NCBI GenBank assembly: GCA_951406725.2
Contig: OX597823.1
Coordinates: forward strand, 82,274,001-82,338,000
Source: Octopus vulgaris
Lineage: Eukaryota
Direction: 5' to 3'
Length of the DNA stretch: 64,000 bases
Position 1 is the first letter of the stretch, and each line of letters begins with the position of its first letter. The notes under the pieces were generated by a model. It did not search any database, was not told the origin of the DNA, and worked only from the letters and a program-made list of their open reading frames with translations. A program made the translations under genes and the position numbers. Shown in pieces: positions 1 to 13,010 of this stretch.

Positions 1-86
<86 letters not shown>

Positions 87-89
<3 letters not shown>

Positions 90-1205
90 CGTATCGAAGG
101 GGATAGAGGCCTTATACTGCTAGAAAACTATTGCAAAATAACCACCAAAGGACTACAGAAATGCCTACTTCAGGAGCAATGAAAACTAATACAAATAGCC
201 ACAAGGCAAAAAACTGTTCTCACGCTTTAAAGAAGCTGACAAATACAAAAGAGAAGTCATAGTACCTAACGACTATAAAGAAAAAGAAGAAAAACACAAA
301 AGTTGTAAAACAACTGAAATCCAAACTAGAACTGGAACGACAGCGGATCATGATAAAACGAAGGCAAGAAAAGCTCCTTCACAGCAAATATTGGGCTAAA
401 CTAAACAGAAAAGAAATAGAGGAAGCACAATTCCAACAATGGCTGAGAAAGCTCAGGACTGAAAGCAGAGACTGAAGAATTTTTAATTGCAACACAAGAT
501 CAAAGACTTCCCACCAGAAATCAGCAAAACACGCAATGAAAAGAAATAAAAGTAACTGCAGAATATGGAGAAGAAACAATAAATCATATTGCCTTTGGCT
601 GCCCACTCCTGGCTAAGAAGGAATATATTCACAGACACGACAGAGTTGAAACTTATATATACTGAAAGCTATACCAACATTATGGAATAACAAAAGAAAA
701 AAGATGGTTTGGGCACATGCCAGAAAAGGTCACAGAAAATGAGAAAGCAACCATACTATGGTATATGCCAATACACACAGATAGAGAAATGAAAGCCAAT
801 AGGCCGGATATAGTTGTCAGAGATCACCAACAAAAATGCTTTCTAATCGATGTATCAATACAACAGATGACAATGTTTCTCTAGCAGAAACGGAAAAAAC
901 TTTCAAAATATAAAGATGTGGAAAATAAAGGTAACTCGTATGTGGAGTCTAAAATCAGAAACATAGGCGCATTAGGTATGAAAAAAAAACAAGAACACAT
1001 TCAAACAAATACATAGCAAAAACATCAGGACTTACAAGTGTATACAACATACAGAAAATAGCACTATTAGGCGCCGCGTACATCCTACGTAAAACAATTT
1101 CAATACAGTGAAAATAATAGCACCACAAAAAACCACAGCACATACCCAAGTCACACAGAGCTGTGCTCAGTAGTGCAGTGAAAGCACGTGATAAAAATAA
1201 GATTA

Positions 1206-1267
<62 letters not shown>

Positions 1268-1307
1268 TAATAATAATAATAATAATAATAATGATGATAA
1301 TAATTAC

Positions 1308-1352
<45 letters not shown>
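87..1352 (+). mobile_element. 5'-truncated, decayed non-LTR retrotransposon of the RLE-bearing R4/Dong type, with (AAT)n tail
   Basis: Manual translation across stops and frameshifts gives KEYIHRHDRV, PEKVTENEKATILWYMPIHTDREMKANRPDIVVRD..KCFLIDVS and IQKIALLGAAYILRKTISIQ* (stop ~1110). These are RHD and PD..D restriction-like endonuclease motifs. A short 3' UTR and (AAT)n at ~1208-1352 follow. Confidence 0.85.
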
Positions 1353-1353
<1 letters not shown>

Positions 1354-1598
1354 TTGATGATAAAAATGAAATAATTTTATTGCTGATCAACATACACTGC
1401 TAGTATTTTCAAATTAAAAACTTAAAATAAATATATCAGTGAATAAACTCAATTTGTAGAAATAAGTCGGTTAATCAATAGGCAAATTAATGAACTAATT
1501 AGTAAAGAAATAACAAATTCATTAATTAAAGTGGGGTGAGAAAAATTACAAGATTCTTACAATGATTAGAATGGAATCGCAATGTGGACTTTACTCAC

Positions 1599-1648
1599 CA
1601 TGTTACATGGCTTGTTGCAGAATCAGCAAAATAACTCGTCGTCAAAAA
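1599..1648 (-). other. Candidate 50-bp internal exon of an unidentified host gene
   Basis: Minus strand reads tttactttccAG|...catg|GTGAGT, with a good acceptor and donor. Only one frame is open: FLTTSYFADSATSHVT(W). No recognisable homology. Confidence 0.35.
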
Positions 1649-1766
1649 CTGGAAAGTAAACTATTTTATTTGCGAAATTAAATCATATAATAATTGTAGA
1701 GGAAGAGACAATTGAAAAAGATCTAAAACACAAACACACACACACACACACATACACACACACACG

Positions 1767-1831
<65 letters not shown>

Positions 1832-2263
1832 CACAAAAAATCACTAGAACCACCCAGCGAACTTCCACCATGGGTCATCACAATTGCTTAAGGTAAAAAT
1901 GAATTCCTCGCTCTTTCGGAAACATCAATCTTCTGTATTGACCGCTTTCCACCACTTTGATCTGTTTTTTGTATTGAATACGTATCGCCACCGTGGGCCA
2001 CTGCATCGAACACTTTGAACATATACTTCAAACTATATATCAACTATACATGAACTATATATCAACTATACATGAACTCTAAGATGTCTGACTCCGTTGT
2101 GTATTATAAATGAATTTCTTGTGTCTGACGGCATGAGCTGTCTCTTTTTATATACAACTTTTTTTGATAAGGTTCATTTCAGGAACTGAAACATGTTATA
2201 ATGTATATATAAAAAATAAAAATTGTATAGTACAGCAGCATTTTCGAACTTCATTTTTTACAA

Positions 2264-2295
<32 letters not shown>

Positions 2296-2299
2296 TTAG

Positions 2300-2522
2300 A
2301 GACAAAACCACTATTTTGCAAAACAAACAAGGAAAGACTTAATCAATAAATAAAATTTTAATAAAAAGTAAAAAAACCGCCACTACAATTGTTTCATGTC
2401 TTGATAGACAATCTTCAGGTGGATTTCCGATTTTCAAGTCAGTTTCAAATTACTATAAAATTGGATTTAATCCTAAATCTGATTTTTTCCCTGTAAATTT
2501 GGATTTATTCCCTAATATTTAT

Positions 2523-2525
<3 letters not shown>
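2300..2525 (-). mobile_element. Penelope-like pLTR-type short repeat fragment
   Basis: Carries a hammerhead motif (2380-2422). Its 2460-2520 part resembles the reverse complement of ~35105-35170. Flanked by (TA)n. Confidence 0.5.
2380..2422 (-). ncRNA. Minimal type I hammerhead ribozyme motif
   Basis: Minus strand: ccac CTGAAGA t tgtc tatcaa gaca t GAAAC aatt GTA gtgg. Intact CUGAnGA and GAAA core, stems I and II pair, palindromic stem III ACAATTGT, GUA cleavage triplet. Confidence 0.75.
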
Positions 2526-2563
<38 letters not shown>

Positions 2564-2715
2564 GATCTCATGGTTTGTTTACATCTGATATCTCTGTATC
2601 GATAGGCAACTAAAAACGGCTTCAAAGATATTCCTTCATTACCACTAAATAGATTATTTTTACGTTTTGCTTTTTGCTCTTACCACAAAGCTGAAGTAAT
2701 ATTTTACTGACAAAA

Positions 2716-3320
2716 GGCGGAGAGCTGGCAGAAACGTTAGCACGCCGGGCAAAATGCTTTCGTCTGTCTTTACGTTCTGGGTTCAAATTCCACCGAGGTC
2801 ATCTTTGCCTTTTATCCTTTCGGGGTCGATAAATTAAGTACCAGTTACGCACTGGGTTCGATATAATCGACTTAATCTGTTTGTTTTTCCTTGTTTGTCC
2901 CCTCTGTGTTTAGCCACTTGTGGGTAGTAAAGAAATAAGAAACGTTAGCACGCCGGGCGAAATGCTTTCGTCTGCCGCTACGTTCTGAGTTCAAATTCCA
3001 CCGAGGTCGACTTTGTATTTCATCCTTTCAGGGTTGATTAAATAAGTACCAGTTACGCACTGGGGTCGATATAATCGACTTAATCCGTTTGTCTGTCCTT
3101 GTTTGTCCCCTCTGTGCTTAGCCCCTTGTGGGTAGTAAAGAAATAGAAGTAGATATTTCTCTGACATTACATTCTGAGTTCAAATTCCACCGAGGTCATT
3201 TTTGCCTGTTATCCTTTCGGGGTCGATAAATTAAGTACCAGTTGCGTACTGTGGTCGATCTAATCGACTGGACCCCTCCTCCCAAATTTCTTGCCATGTG
3301 CCTTGACTAGAAAATAATAG
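2716..3320 (+). mobile_element. Tandem trimer of SINE family A (tRNA-related; core gtcgactttgcctttcatcctttcggggtcgataaattaagtacc)
   Basis: Three consecutive units with B-box-like gagttcaaattcc. The same consensus recurs more than 10 times in the window. Confidence 0.85.
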
Positions 3321-4075
3321 ATAAAAAGCTGGCAAATGATTCTCTACTTGGCTGCTCTGTCTTCTGGAGCCCTAATTTACTGCACTATCTAAGAAATACA
3401 GTAAAGTGATGCGTCTAAAATAACAGAATAATCACAGATGAAATTCTGTTTATGTAAACACACGCAAATTTGTAGACAACTGACTCTTGTCGGTGAAAAC
3501 ATTAAAGGCATCAGACAATGAAATGCATTATAGATATAACATTCATCCTTGTAATATGAATACTACTAGAACCAACTCTACAATTTTCATTGGTTGTAAA
3601 ACAGATAAAGTAAGAATTAGTAAAGTATAGGGATCAATTCTATTGACTCCACCCTTAAGTATTATTCTACGTCCCTAAATGTTGCTAGATGTCCCTGGAT
3701 GTCCTTAGAAGAAATCAATGTATACGTGTACCATCTCTACAAGTAAATATATCTTTGGGCCAACATTGTCTTTTTATCTATGTAATCGATAACACAAGTA
3801 GAAGTAAATATACTGGAATAGATTCGATCGATTATCCACACTCCTCAGTGAAACTATATCCCTTCCTTTCCACCCACGCTGTCTCACTCTTTCTCTTTCT
3901 CATTCCAATCAATATATACATTATCTACATAATCGATATATATATAATCAATTGCTTATTTAATCGTAACACGCAGATACATAAACGCACATACACTTAA
4001 GCACCCCTATGTATGTATATACTTGCATATACATACATAAATATACATATGTATTCATACATTATGTACATACAT

Positions 4076-4132
<57 letters not shown>

Positions 4133-4439
4133 AGTCAACAAACGAACGGACGCAGCCCTCAATACATAATTGGTGTTGAATTCATTGAGTAACATGTTGA
4201 CTCAGCCCTTTATGATGCTTTATAGTTTGTGGATGCAAAAAAAAAACCGACATGACCAACTGTCTGAGGAGGGGATCGTGTGTTATTGATGTCCAGGAGA
4301 CTTTTAGTACCAGGAGTTCAGTTAAGCTGTTACTCAATACGTGTATCCGCGTGCGCTCGCGTATAACAGCTTAGCTTCAAAGTTGTTTTAAACGCAGAAA
4401 CTCTGTAACTGACTTTTTAAGCTTTGTGTGTGTGTGTGT

Positions 4440-5060
4440 GCAGGTGAGGTAGTATCGTAAAAAGTTTGTTTCCCAACCACATGGTTCTAGCTTCAGTCCC
4501 ATCGCGTGACATCAACTGGTATCTTCTACTATAGCCTCGGGCCGAACAAGCATTGCAAGTGGATTTGCTGGTGGAGGCAAATGGCCTTGTGGTTAGAGCA
4601 GCGCACTCGCGGTCGAGGGATTAACGGTTCGAATCTCAGACCGGGCGATGTGTGTGTTTATGAACAAAACACCTAAGCTCCACGCGGCTCAGGCAGAAGG
4701 TAATGGCGAACTTCTGCTGACTCTTTCGCCACAACTTTCTCTCACTCTTTCCTCCTGCATCTTGCGATGCATCTTGCACCTGCGACGGACCGGCGTCCCG
4801 TCCAGGTGGGAAAACTATATGCCAAGGAAACCGGGAAACCGACCCTTATGAGCCAAGCATGGCTCGAGAAGGAACAAACAAGTGAATTTGCTGGATGGAA
4901 ATTAAAAGAAATCCGAGATGAAGACGCCATTGTAAAACCAATAAATAGGTATCAATCTTAAGAAAAGTAAGAAGTACTGGGGGAGATTTTTAGACGGAGA
5001 TCTTTAAGGCGATGCCCTAGCATGGCTGCAGTTCAACGACTGAAAGAAGTAAATGATAAA
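4440..5060 (+). mobile_element. Decayed SINE family B interrupted by a family C SINE
   Basis: Matches family B (accacatggtt...ctatagcctcgggccga...gcatggctgcagt). Split by the insertion at 4572-4878. Confidence 0.7.
4572..4878 (+). mobile_element. tRNA-derived SINE family C with 16-bp TSD
   Basis: A-box-like tggccttgtgg and B-box ggttcgaatc. Flanked by caagtggatttgctgg (4556-4571) and caagtgaatttgctgg (4879-4894). 3' part matches 39000-39087. Confidence 0.85.
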
Positions 5061-5116
5061 TATTTGAATTATCCATACAACCTCTTATTTATACAACTAA
5101 GGCTCAAGAATTGCCC

Positions 5117-5335
5117 CATTACGATTCATGTGTTATCCATTCATGATTTATGCATCATCCACTGTAGTCCATTAATTATCTATCATGGTCTATGTATTAT
5201 TCACCACTAGCCAAAATTTACTTGCCACGATCCATGAATCTTCCATTGATGATCTATGGATAATCCATACTAATCCATGACGCATCCATAACCAGCCATG
5301 AATTATCTCTCCATATTGTCTAAGCTATCGATGAT
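5117..5335. repeat. Degenerate ~21-bp minisatellite (atccat...gatccatg-like units)
   Basis: Recurring atccat/tcatga/atctatg motifs at roughly 21-bp spacing. Confidence 0.45.
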
Positions 5336-6598
5336 GACTCGTTTGATAATCGCTCATAATTTATATCTTACAGAACCATCAATTTCTCGACAAAGTCACA
5401 CACATTTATCAAGGAATACAAAGCGATTCTGTGACCTTGCTTGTATTAAATAATATGAACAGAGTACTTGACTGTCTTCTTATCTCCAAACGAGAAACCC
5501 GTCCTCTTCCTTAAGGGCACATTAATTTTGGAGAATTATTGATTCTTGAGATTATCTCCCCTCTTCCAGTGGAGTGGAGCTGCTCTTAATTACAGTTTGG
5601 TAATTGTAGCACATCCCTAGAAACGGATATAATTTTAGTAAATCGAGAAGTTATGCTAATAACTCAAGAATTTTTTGTTTATTATTTGACATACTTGTAT
5701 TTTCTATGTTATTTGTATTTATTAGCTTTGCATTGCTAATATCAAAATGGTAGTCGTAAATAACTACTTTCAGCAACAATAAGCTTATACAACTGAATAA
5801 CGTTTGTTCAGGTCATGTGCTCCGTGTTTTATCCTCCTTCATACCTAGGTTACGATAGGTGTACTAAGACCATAATCTATTTAAAGTAGTTCTTTTCGAA
5901 CTAAAAATTCAATAGAAATAAAATATTTTCTTTTACAAATTAAATATTTAACGAATAAATAAATAAATGTAATAGAAAATAAATTCAATCATTTAATAAC
6001 AGGAACACATTATCTGAAAAACTGTCTGAAATATACTTGATTTTGAAATCTGCTACGAAAGCATTTTATTTCCCAGACGAGTAACAATAGTTTTATTGAT
6101 TAAAGTAAAAACATGTAAGTTTGCCACGACTACAACTGAAGACATGCTTCGATTTTCATCATAACGAGAGTTTCTAATAAAAGAATATTTAATCAAATGA
6201 GAAGTACTGGACGGAAAAATAATACAATATATGAAAAAGGAAAAAACAGTCGCTCAGTTTGACTGCGGTCGTTGAATTACCAGCTGTGCACATCCTGCAA
6301 TGTTTTTATTGATCAGAATAAATGTTAGGACAAAAAGTTAACTCAATGGGAGAGAATAGACTTGAACAATGAAGAAAAATCAATCGATAGATATATACAG
6401 TAAGTCCTACGGTTTAAAAGTCATTTAAAGTTATAGAATTATGCTGTGAAATTTTCTCACATATTAAATGAAATTAAAGCGAATGGCCAGAAAACGAAGA
6501 TCAATTATCGGTACGTTTAGTGTTGCGTTTCGTCGGATTAAAACATATATAGAAAAGGAATTAACAAAAACGTTTCTCTCTCTTCTCTCTCTTTCTAT

Positions 6599-6636
<38 letters not shown>

Positions 6637-6878
6637 GTGGACATGTCTGAAGGAAATTTGCGTTCGCGCACTACGAGCAGCTTTAAACATTTTATATCCT
6701 AAATGGTTGTTCAGCACTATTTACATGCTATAAGAAGCATTCTTGGAGATATCCCTCAAAAGAATTAGTTGACATTTTCTCAAAGGTTTATGCGTGTACT
6801 ACATCTATATGTACATATCTATATCTATATGTATACATACATACAAACATACATACATACATACAATACATACATACG

Positions 6879-6938
<60 letters not shown>

Positions 6939-6939
6939 A

Positions 6940-6982
<43 letters not shown>

Positions 6983-6985
<3 letters not shown>

Positions 6986-7178
6986 GAAGAATTCACAAAT
7001 AAAAAGACAAAAGACGAAGACAGATGGTGTAGACAACAAACAGATGTATTAGTGTAACACTCGGGAAGTGAAAAAGTCGTTAATATTTCGAGCCTACGCT
7101 CTTTCACAGAAAGGAACACTGAATGAAACAAGGAGAGAAAATAAAGAATGTGTAGTGGTTAGCGATCTATCATGGTGA
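6983..7178 (-). mobile_element. Short repeat with degenerate hammerhead-like motif (Penelope pLTR-like)
   Basis: Minus strand 7078-7113: cttt CTGTGAA a gagc gtag gctc GAAAT ATT aacg. Related fragments at ~15307-15335 and ~31960-32050. Confidence 0.45.
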
Positions 7179-7224
7179 ATGTATACATATACATACGCAC
7201 ACATGCACATACAGATGCATATGT

Positions 7225-7258
<34 letters not shown>

Positions 7259-7323
7259 GACCTGACGAATAGCTAAAGGATTACTACTTCCGAGGTTCTT
7301 CTAGCTATGAAACATAGGTAGCC
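7259..7323 (+). ncRNA. Type I hammerhead ribozyme motif (stem I damaged)
   Basis: CTGACGA (7262-7268), 7-bp stem II atagcta/tagctat, then GAAAC atag GTA. The 5' strand of stem I abuts (TA)n and pairs poorly. Confidence 0.6.
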
Positions 7324-7575
7324 TAGATTTTTATCTACTCCACTCCTTAAATTTGGAATTCTATCCGCATGCACATCAACACCAACTGCATCCGTGAACC
7401 ATAAAAACATTTTTTGCAGCTTATCGAACTTCGATATGGGAAAAGATTTACAACCTTCTACGTCAATAAAACACTATCTTCCTCAAAGTTGTTTTTTATT
7501 CCTTCTGCGGACTGTTTGAAGCTTACAAAATTCCTACACCTTGATTCTTGGATCTTATCTTTACATGTTACTATA

Positions 7576-7625
<50 letters not shown>

Positions 7626-7902
7626 CATATACATATATATATACATATACACATACACACACACACATACATACATACCTGCATACATATATACATACAT
7701 ATATATATATATACTTATAATTTTTAATATTAGGTAAGTAATTTCCGAGTCCACAGGGGATAGAAATTCAATTTAGTGGTACTGAAATGAATTTCTCGCT
7801 GTATTATATACATATAAATAGATAGGTTTAAGAGACAGAAGCACCTTCAAGCAACTCAAACAACATTGAACGACATTATCTATAATAGAGATATATGCGA
7901 TT

Positions 7903-7959
<57 letters not shown>

Positions 7960-8919
7960 CCACCTATGCATATTCAAAATTGTATATATGTAATATATGT
8001 AATATGATTAGGTCGCTCGTGAGTGCTCCTAATAAAATATTAAACAATTGCAACGTGTTACGTGATCGCGCTGTGACTGCAAAATCTTCTCCTCTCCCTA
8101 CCGGGCTAACAACTTTCCTAATTAGGATAGCCTAGATAGGAAAGATGCAGGTCACCCAATATGACACGAACGAAAAAGGATGTTTGGAACGAGCATAAAA
8201 CCAAGTGTTATTTAGCATTGTTATGTGGGAACATAGAAATGCTAGAGTTTGTGACCGAGCACGCAGTATCACCATTGAAAGCGATAGATCTCCAGTTCCA
8301 ACAGAACAATCGTCGTAGGAATGTCCCCAAATCAAACCCTTGTTGTTTTGCAGATGGGCCTGCTTAGTTAAGAGAAGGGGTACGATCTCTAACATATAAA
8401 CCTGTGATTCATACTTCCGTCTCTTGTAATGAATGTCTGTAGTGAGGAAGTGTTGCCTACAATCAAAGGAAAAATTAATCGCGCATAATATAGCAAAATG
8501 AAAGGATTGAAAACAGAGTGCATAATACAGAAGTGATCTTACAATGTCTGTTGGGAGATTATACATTGAAAAGTCTGTCATTTTAACTATAAAAAAATGA
8601 CGTCTAGGGAACTCATCGAGCTATATTATGTACGTGCAGTTCGACTACCTTCACTCAAGCACAGCTGTCTTTCATGATTTAAAATGTTCACATCTGCTAC
8701 TGTATTGAAAATCAATTTTGTTAGTGTGCACAAAGATATAGTTCGTGTTGATGTTCCTGATCCAATTTCGTGCTACGTTCGTCATCGTAAATCTAAACTA
8801 AGAGCTTATGGGGTCACCTAAGTGCCCATGAAAGAAAAGCTTTGTAAAGCTGATAAGATTAGTATCTGCAGCAAGGTGGTCAACATGTAAACGTGTATGG
8901 TTTATCATTTATTTTTTTC

Positions 8920-9209
8920 CTTGTTTCAGTCATATGACTGCGGCCATGCTGGAGCACTACTTTGAAGGGTTTTAGCCGAACAAATCGACCACAAAACTTA
9001 TTTCATACTTTTAATACCTAGTACTGCTATACCTAGTACTATAGCTAGTAAACGGGAACGTATACACACCAACACCGGTTGTCAAGCAGGGATGGAGGCA
9101 AATACAGACATAATGGCACACACACACACACACACACACCGAGCGTCTTTCGGTTTCCGTCTCCCAAATCCACTCAGAAGGCTTTGGTCGGTCCGAGGAT
9201 ATAGAAGAC
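8920..9209 (-). mobile_element. SINE family B, 5'-truncated
   Basis: gtttcagtcat..ctgcggccatgctggagcac and tttccgtct..caaatccactca match other copies. Confidence 0.8.
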
Positions 9210-9620
9210 TCTGTATGTATGTATATTATATATATATATATAATATAACGTAGAGATGTGTGTGTATTCGCTTTTCACGCGAAAACGACTTCAGCAATTG
9301 CTCCCATACTTGTGGTGCATGAATAAATTGACCTCGGACATGTCAGGTACCCCTCATATGATTTTTTATTGAAAGTAAAAAAATATATTGCTTTATATTT
9401 ATGATTCACTTCTTTAAAAACGTTTCTCAATGTCAACTTCCGGTATTGACGTAAAAATGGCGACGTCTCTCACTCTCTATTTTAATGTTCGCTGCTTGTA
9501 AACAACTATGAGAAATTACTGAAAGAAACACTTACTAAATATTCGGTACAAGATTTTAACGTGCTTTTATTTATACGATTTTACATTCCATGGTTATCTC
9601 ATTCATTGTTTGTTTGCAAA

Positions 9621-9684
<64 letters not shown>

Positions 9685-11601
9685 CCCTCTCTCTCACACA
9701 CACAAACACACACACATACTCCAAATTTGATTTCGCTCTGAATTCACACACTTCGATTATTTCCGTAAAAAAAAATTTATTTTCTTTTTGCACGTCGTGT
9801 TCAGCTCTATGTATTTGTACTCAGTCACCCACGTATACGTGTGTTTCTGCATGTACGTTTGTATGCATTTATGTATATGTGTGTGTGTGAGCGAGTGAAG
9901 GGGTGTGTTGTCATGTATACGTACATGTATAAATACATATGCATATACCTTTTATGTTTGTATGTGTGTACGTGTGTGAAAGAGAGAGCGATGTCTAAGT
10001 GGCACTCTCCGTCCCTCTCTCTCACACACGTTAATTTTATCTGATGATTGATACTGTATGTGTATAAGTGTGTGTATGTGTGTGCGTGTGTGCGTGCTTG
10101 CGTGCGTGTGTGCGTGTGTGCGTGCTTGCGTGCGTGTGTGCGTTCGACGTTCCGCTATCGCCACACAAAAGCAAAGGAATTTTCTTTCTTGATGCTCCTT
10201 GTGGCACAGGTAAAACATTTGTAACAACATTGCTTCTCTTCAAGGTAAGGCAACAAAAAAGAATCGTAGTTGATGTGCCAATGTCTGGCTTTGCTGCCAT
10301 CATTCTCTCAGGAGGACGAACAACTCATTCTGCTTTTAAATTACTGCTAAACCTGGTCACAAAAGAGAGTTCAATTTGTAACATAAGCGAAGATTCAGGT
10401 TCAGCAGAAGTGGTGTGCCAATGCCACCTGATCATGTGGGATGAATGCACCATGTCACATAGAGGTGCAATGGAATCACTTGATAAGACCTTACAGGACA
10501 TCAGAGGCAACGAGGAATCTATGGGAGGAGTTACATTAATTTTATCAGGATACTTCAGACAGATATTGCCAGCCATTCCATGACTGAAATAAAAGCATGC
10601 ATTAAATTCTCCTTCAATACTAACGTGGCTCCTCCAATTAGGAAATGAGAAAGTACTATTTGATGAGAATGGTGATATCAGTTTGGATCATATAGCTATC
10701 ATGGTGAATTCACCAGCTTAATTGAAGAGTGAGGTATTTCCCGACTTAAGTAATAATTATAATTCACATAAATGATTGTGTGAAAGGGCAATTCTTGTTC
10801 CAAAGGTTAGAGACAGTAGCAAGGATTAACCATAGATTAATGAATAACATTCCAACAGTCAGGAAGAAGTACAACTCTCTTGATTTAATCCTTGATGAAA
10901 ATCAAGGTGTCAATTACCCAACAGAGTTACTTAATTCTCTTGATCCACCGGGAATTCCTCCACATAAACTTTTTCTGAAGGTAGGAGTCCTAATAATGCT
11001 TCTAAGAAATTTAGATCCTCCTAAATTATATATGGGACAAGGTAGATTGTGAAGGCATTATCACCTACTGGGACAAAAGCTACTATCATCACTGGATGTG
11101 TCTCTGTGGAATAGGTTTCCATTCAAGGAATCCCAAGCAAACCAACGGGTCATTTGCGGTACAATTCCCAGTGCGACTTTGCTTTGCAATGTCTGTTAAT
11201 AAAGCTCAAGGCCAGTCTTTGAAATCTACTGGCTTGCTTTTCTCATGGTCAACTTTATGTTAGTTGCTCCAGAGAAGGAAGTCTGCAAGACGTATTTGTC
11301 TTTGCTCCAAACAGAAAACAAAGAATGTTGTTTACCCAGAAGTTCTTACGTAGTTTCTTTCAACGCATGTTGTAGAATTTATCTCCTCTCATAAAAGTGG
11401 TAAATTTTGTATTTTCGTTTATTATTATTATTATTATTATTATGAATTAAGAATTGATTTCCCAATTAAAGAACAAATTGTATCCCAATTGAAGAGTAAA
11501 CTGAATTTAGAATAACAAATTCCTATACAACATATTTTGCTTTTTCTTCCAATATATAAGGGAAAATTTCATTACAGGGCCACGCCGGGTGCCTCTGCTA
11601 G
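9210..11601 (+). mobile_element. Helitron deletion derivative (~2.4 kb) retaining a decayed Pif1 helicase
   Basis: Helitron-like 5' sequence (tatataa..gtgtgtgt..cgcgaaaacgac..caattg; start approximate). Internal microsatellites and helicase remnants. 3' end has a GC-rich degenerate hairpin gggccacgccgggtgcc and terminal CTAG (11598-11601) followed by T. Confidence 0.8.
10160..11352 (+). pseudogene. Helitron RepHel Pif1-family helicase domain, frameshifted
   Basis: Motifs FFLDAPCGTGKTF (Walker A), GGRTTHSAFK, MWDECTM, FRQILP, YPTELLNSLDPPGIPPHKL.LKVG..IMLLRNLDPPKL, QFPVRLCFAMSVNKAQGQSL and FSHGQLYV, with several stops and frameshifts. Confidence 0.92.
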
Positions 11602-11608
11602 TATATAA

Positions 11609-11688
<80 letters not shown>

Positions 11689-11723
11689 GTATATATATGT
11701 ATATATATTTAAATGACTGAAAC

Positions 11724-11945
11724 GAGGCAGAAACGTTAGCACGCCGGGCGAAATGCGTAGCCGTATTTCGTCTGTCGTTGCGTTCTGAGTTCAAATTCCG
11801 CCGAGGTCGACTTTGCCTTTCATCCTTTCGGGGTCGATAAATTAAGTACCAGTTACGCACTGGGGTCGATGTAATCGACGAAATCCCTTTGGCTGTCCTT
11901 GTTTGTCTCCTCTGTGTTTAGCCCCTTGTGGGTAGTAAAGAAATA
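11724..11945 (+). mobile_element. SINE family A
   Basis: Near-consensus copy, ggcagaaacgttagcacgccgggcgaaatgc...gtgggtagtaaagaaata. Confidence 0.9.
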
Positions 11946-12016
11946 CATATATATATATATATAAATAAAAACTTACTTGGACAAGAGAAACGACGCGTGA
12001 TATATATATATGTATG

Positions 12017-12061
<45 letters not shown>

Positions 12062-12074
12062 CTGTGTGTGTGTA

Positions 12075-12106
<32 letters not shown>

Positions 12107-12639
12107 TGTAAGCAAGCAGAAATGTAAAGGGCTACATGTATCTGTTCACTGTCAAGCTGAGGACATATATTGGAATAGGCGGTCAGTCAGGTGAAAAATA
12201 TGGAAGGAGACAGTGTGTGACAGTAAAAGTAAGGTGAAATTGGAGGGAGGGTTAATGTGCTCATTATACTATCTTGAGTGGCAGATGGGGAAACGATTCA
12301 GAGAGAGGTGAATTGAATGGACTGGAGTAAAACATCAGCTTTGGGCTGCTTTTAAGAAGGACAGGAAACAGAAAATATCGTTACACACTGATAAATATCG
12401 ATAGAAAACTTGAAGTCTTCATGGAACTTGTATTTTTAATATGAATGCTGCAATAAAAATCGTCAAGAATTATATTTGTCACATACAGCTATTTCAATGC
12501 TTAGTGAATATTGCTGTAATATCTTTTGTGAATATAGTAGCAACACTTTTAATTAAATTTATAGAAATATTATTAAACCGTTATGTGGACAAGTAAAAAT
12601 GTTGTAAATAAAAAAAGATATAGTTGTCGCTTTTTGACA

Positions 12640-12721
<82 letters not shown>

Positions 12722-12789
12722 TAAATTCAATTGATCGTTTAGCTATTTATGTATGGCTATCTGACAATCTAGCTTCCCTGAAATCAATA

Positions 12790-13010
12790 ACAAAGCTGTC
12801 CAAAGACACATGATTATTTATTTATTTATGGTTGCATTTTGTTCGTAAGTTAAAATTAGTTGTGGTAATATGCGGGAGGAAGAAGTAATATTCTGAATTT
12901 ATGAGGTCTTGTACAAAATAGGCGACTTTTCTCTCTTCAAGCATCACTGTAAAAATAACTGGAAAACTCTATAAAATCTATGTGGCTCAAATGGAAAAAA
13001 AAGGAGTAGA
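12790..13010 (+). repeat. Diverged ~220-bp direct repeat, partner at ~18025-18240
   Basis: Both loci share ccaaagacac..ttatttatttatgg.tgcatttt..tgtggtaatatgcg..aggaagaagtaa.att...tttatgagg.cttg.acaaaata. Confidence 0.7.

Noticed and set aside
1188-1403. Poly-Asn ORF
   Set aside because: It is the (AAT)n tail or target of the R4/Dong-type element.
6788-7131. Many YI/CV/HT-repeat ORFs here and across the window (e.g. 24272-25087, 57091-57585, 59506-59997)
   Set aside because: Translations of (TA)n, (CA)n and (TACA)n microsatellites, which lack stop codons; not genes.
8132-8830. 149-aa minus-strand ORF and nearby KLRAYGV-like motif
   Set aside because: No recognisable domain. At most a very old LINE RT trace, too decayed to call.
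10068-10583. Host PIF1 helicase gene
   Set aside because: Intronless, frameshifted, Helitron-type motifs, and followed by a Helitron CTAG end.
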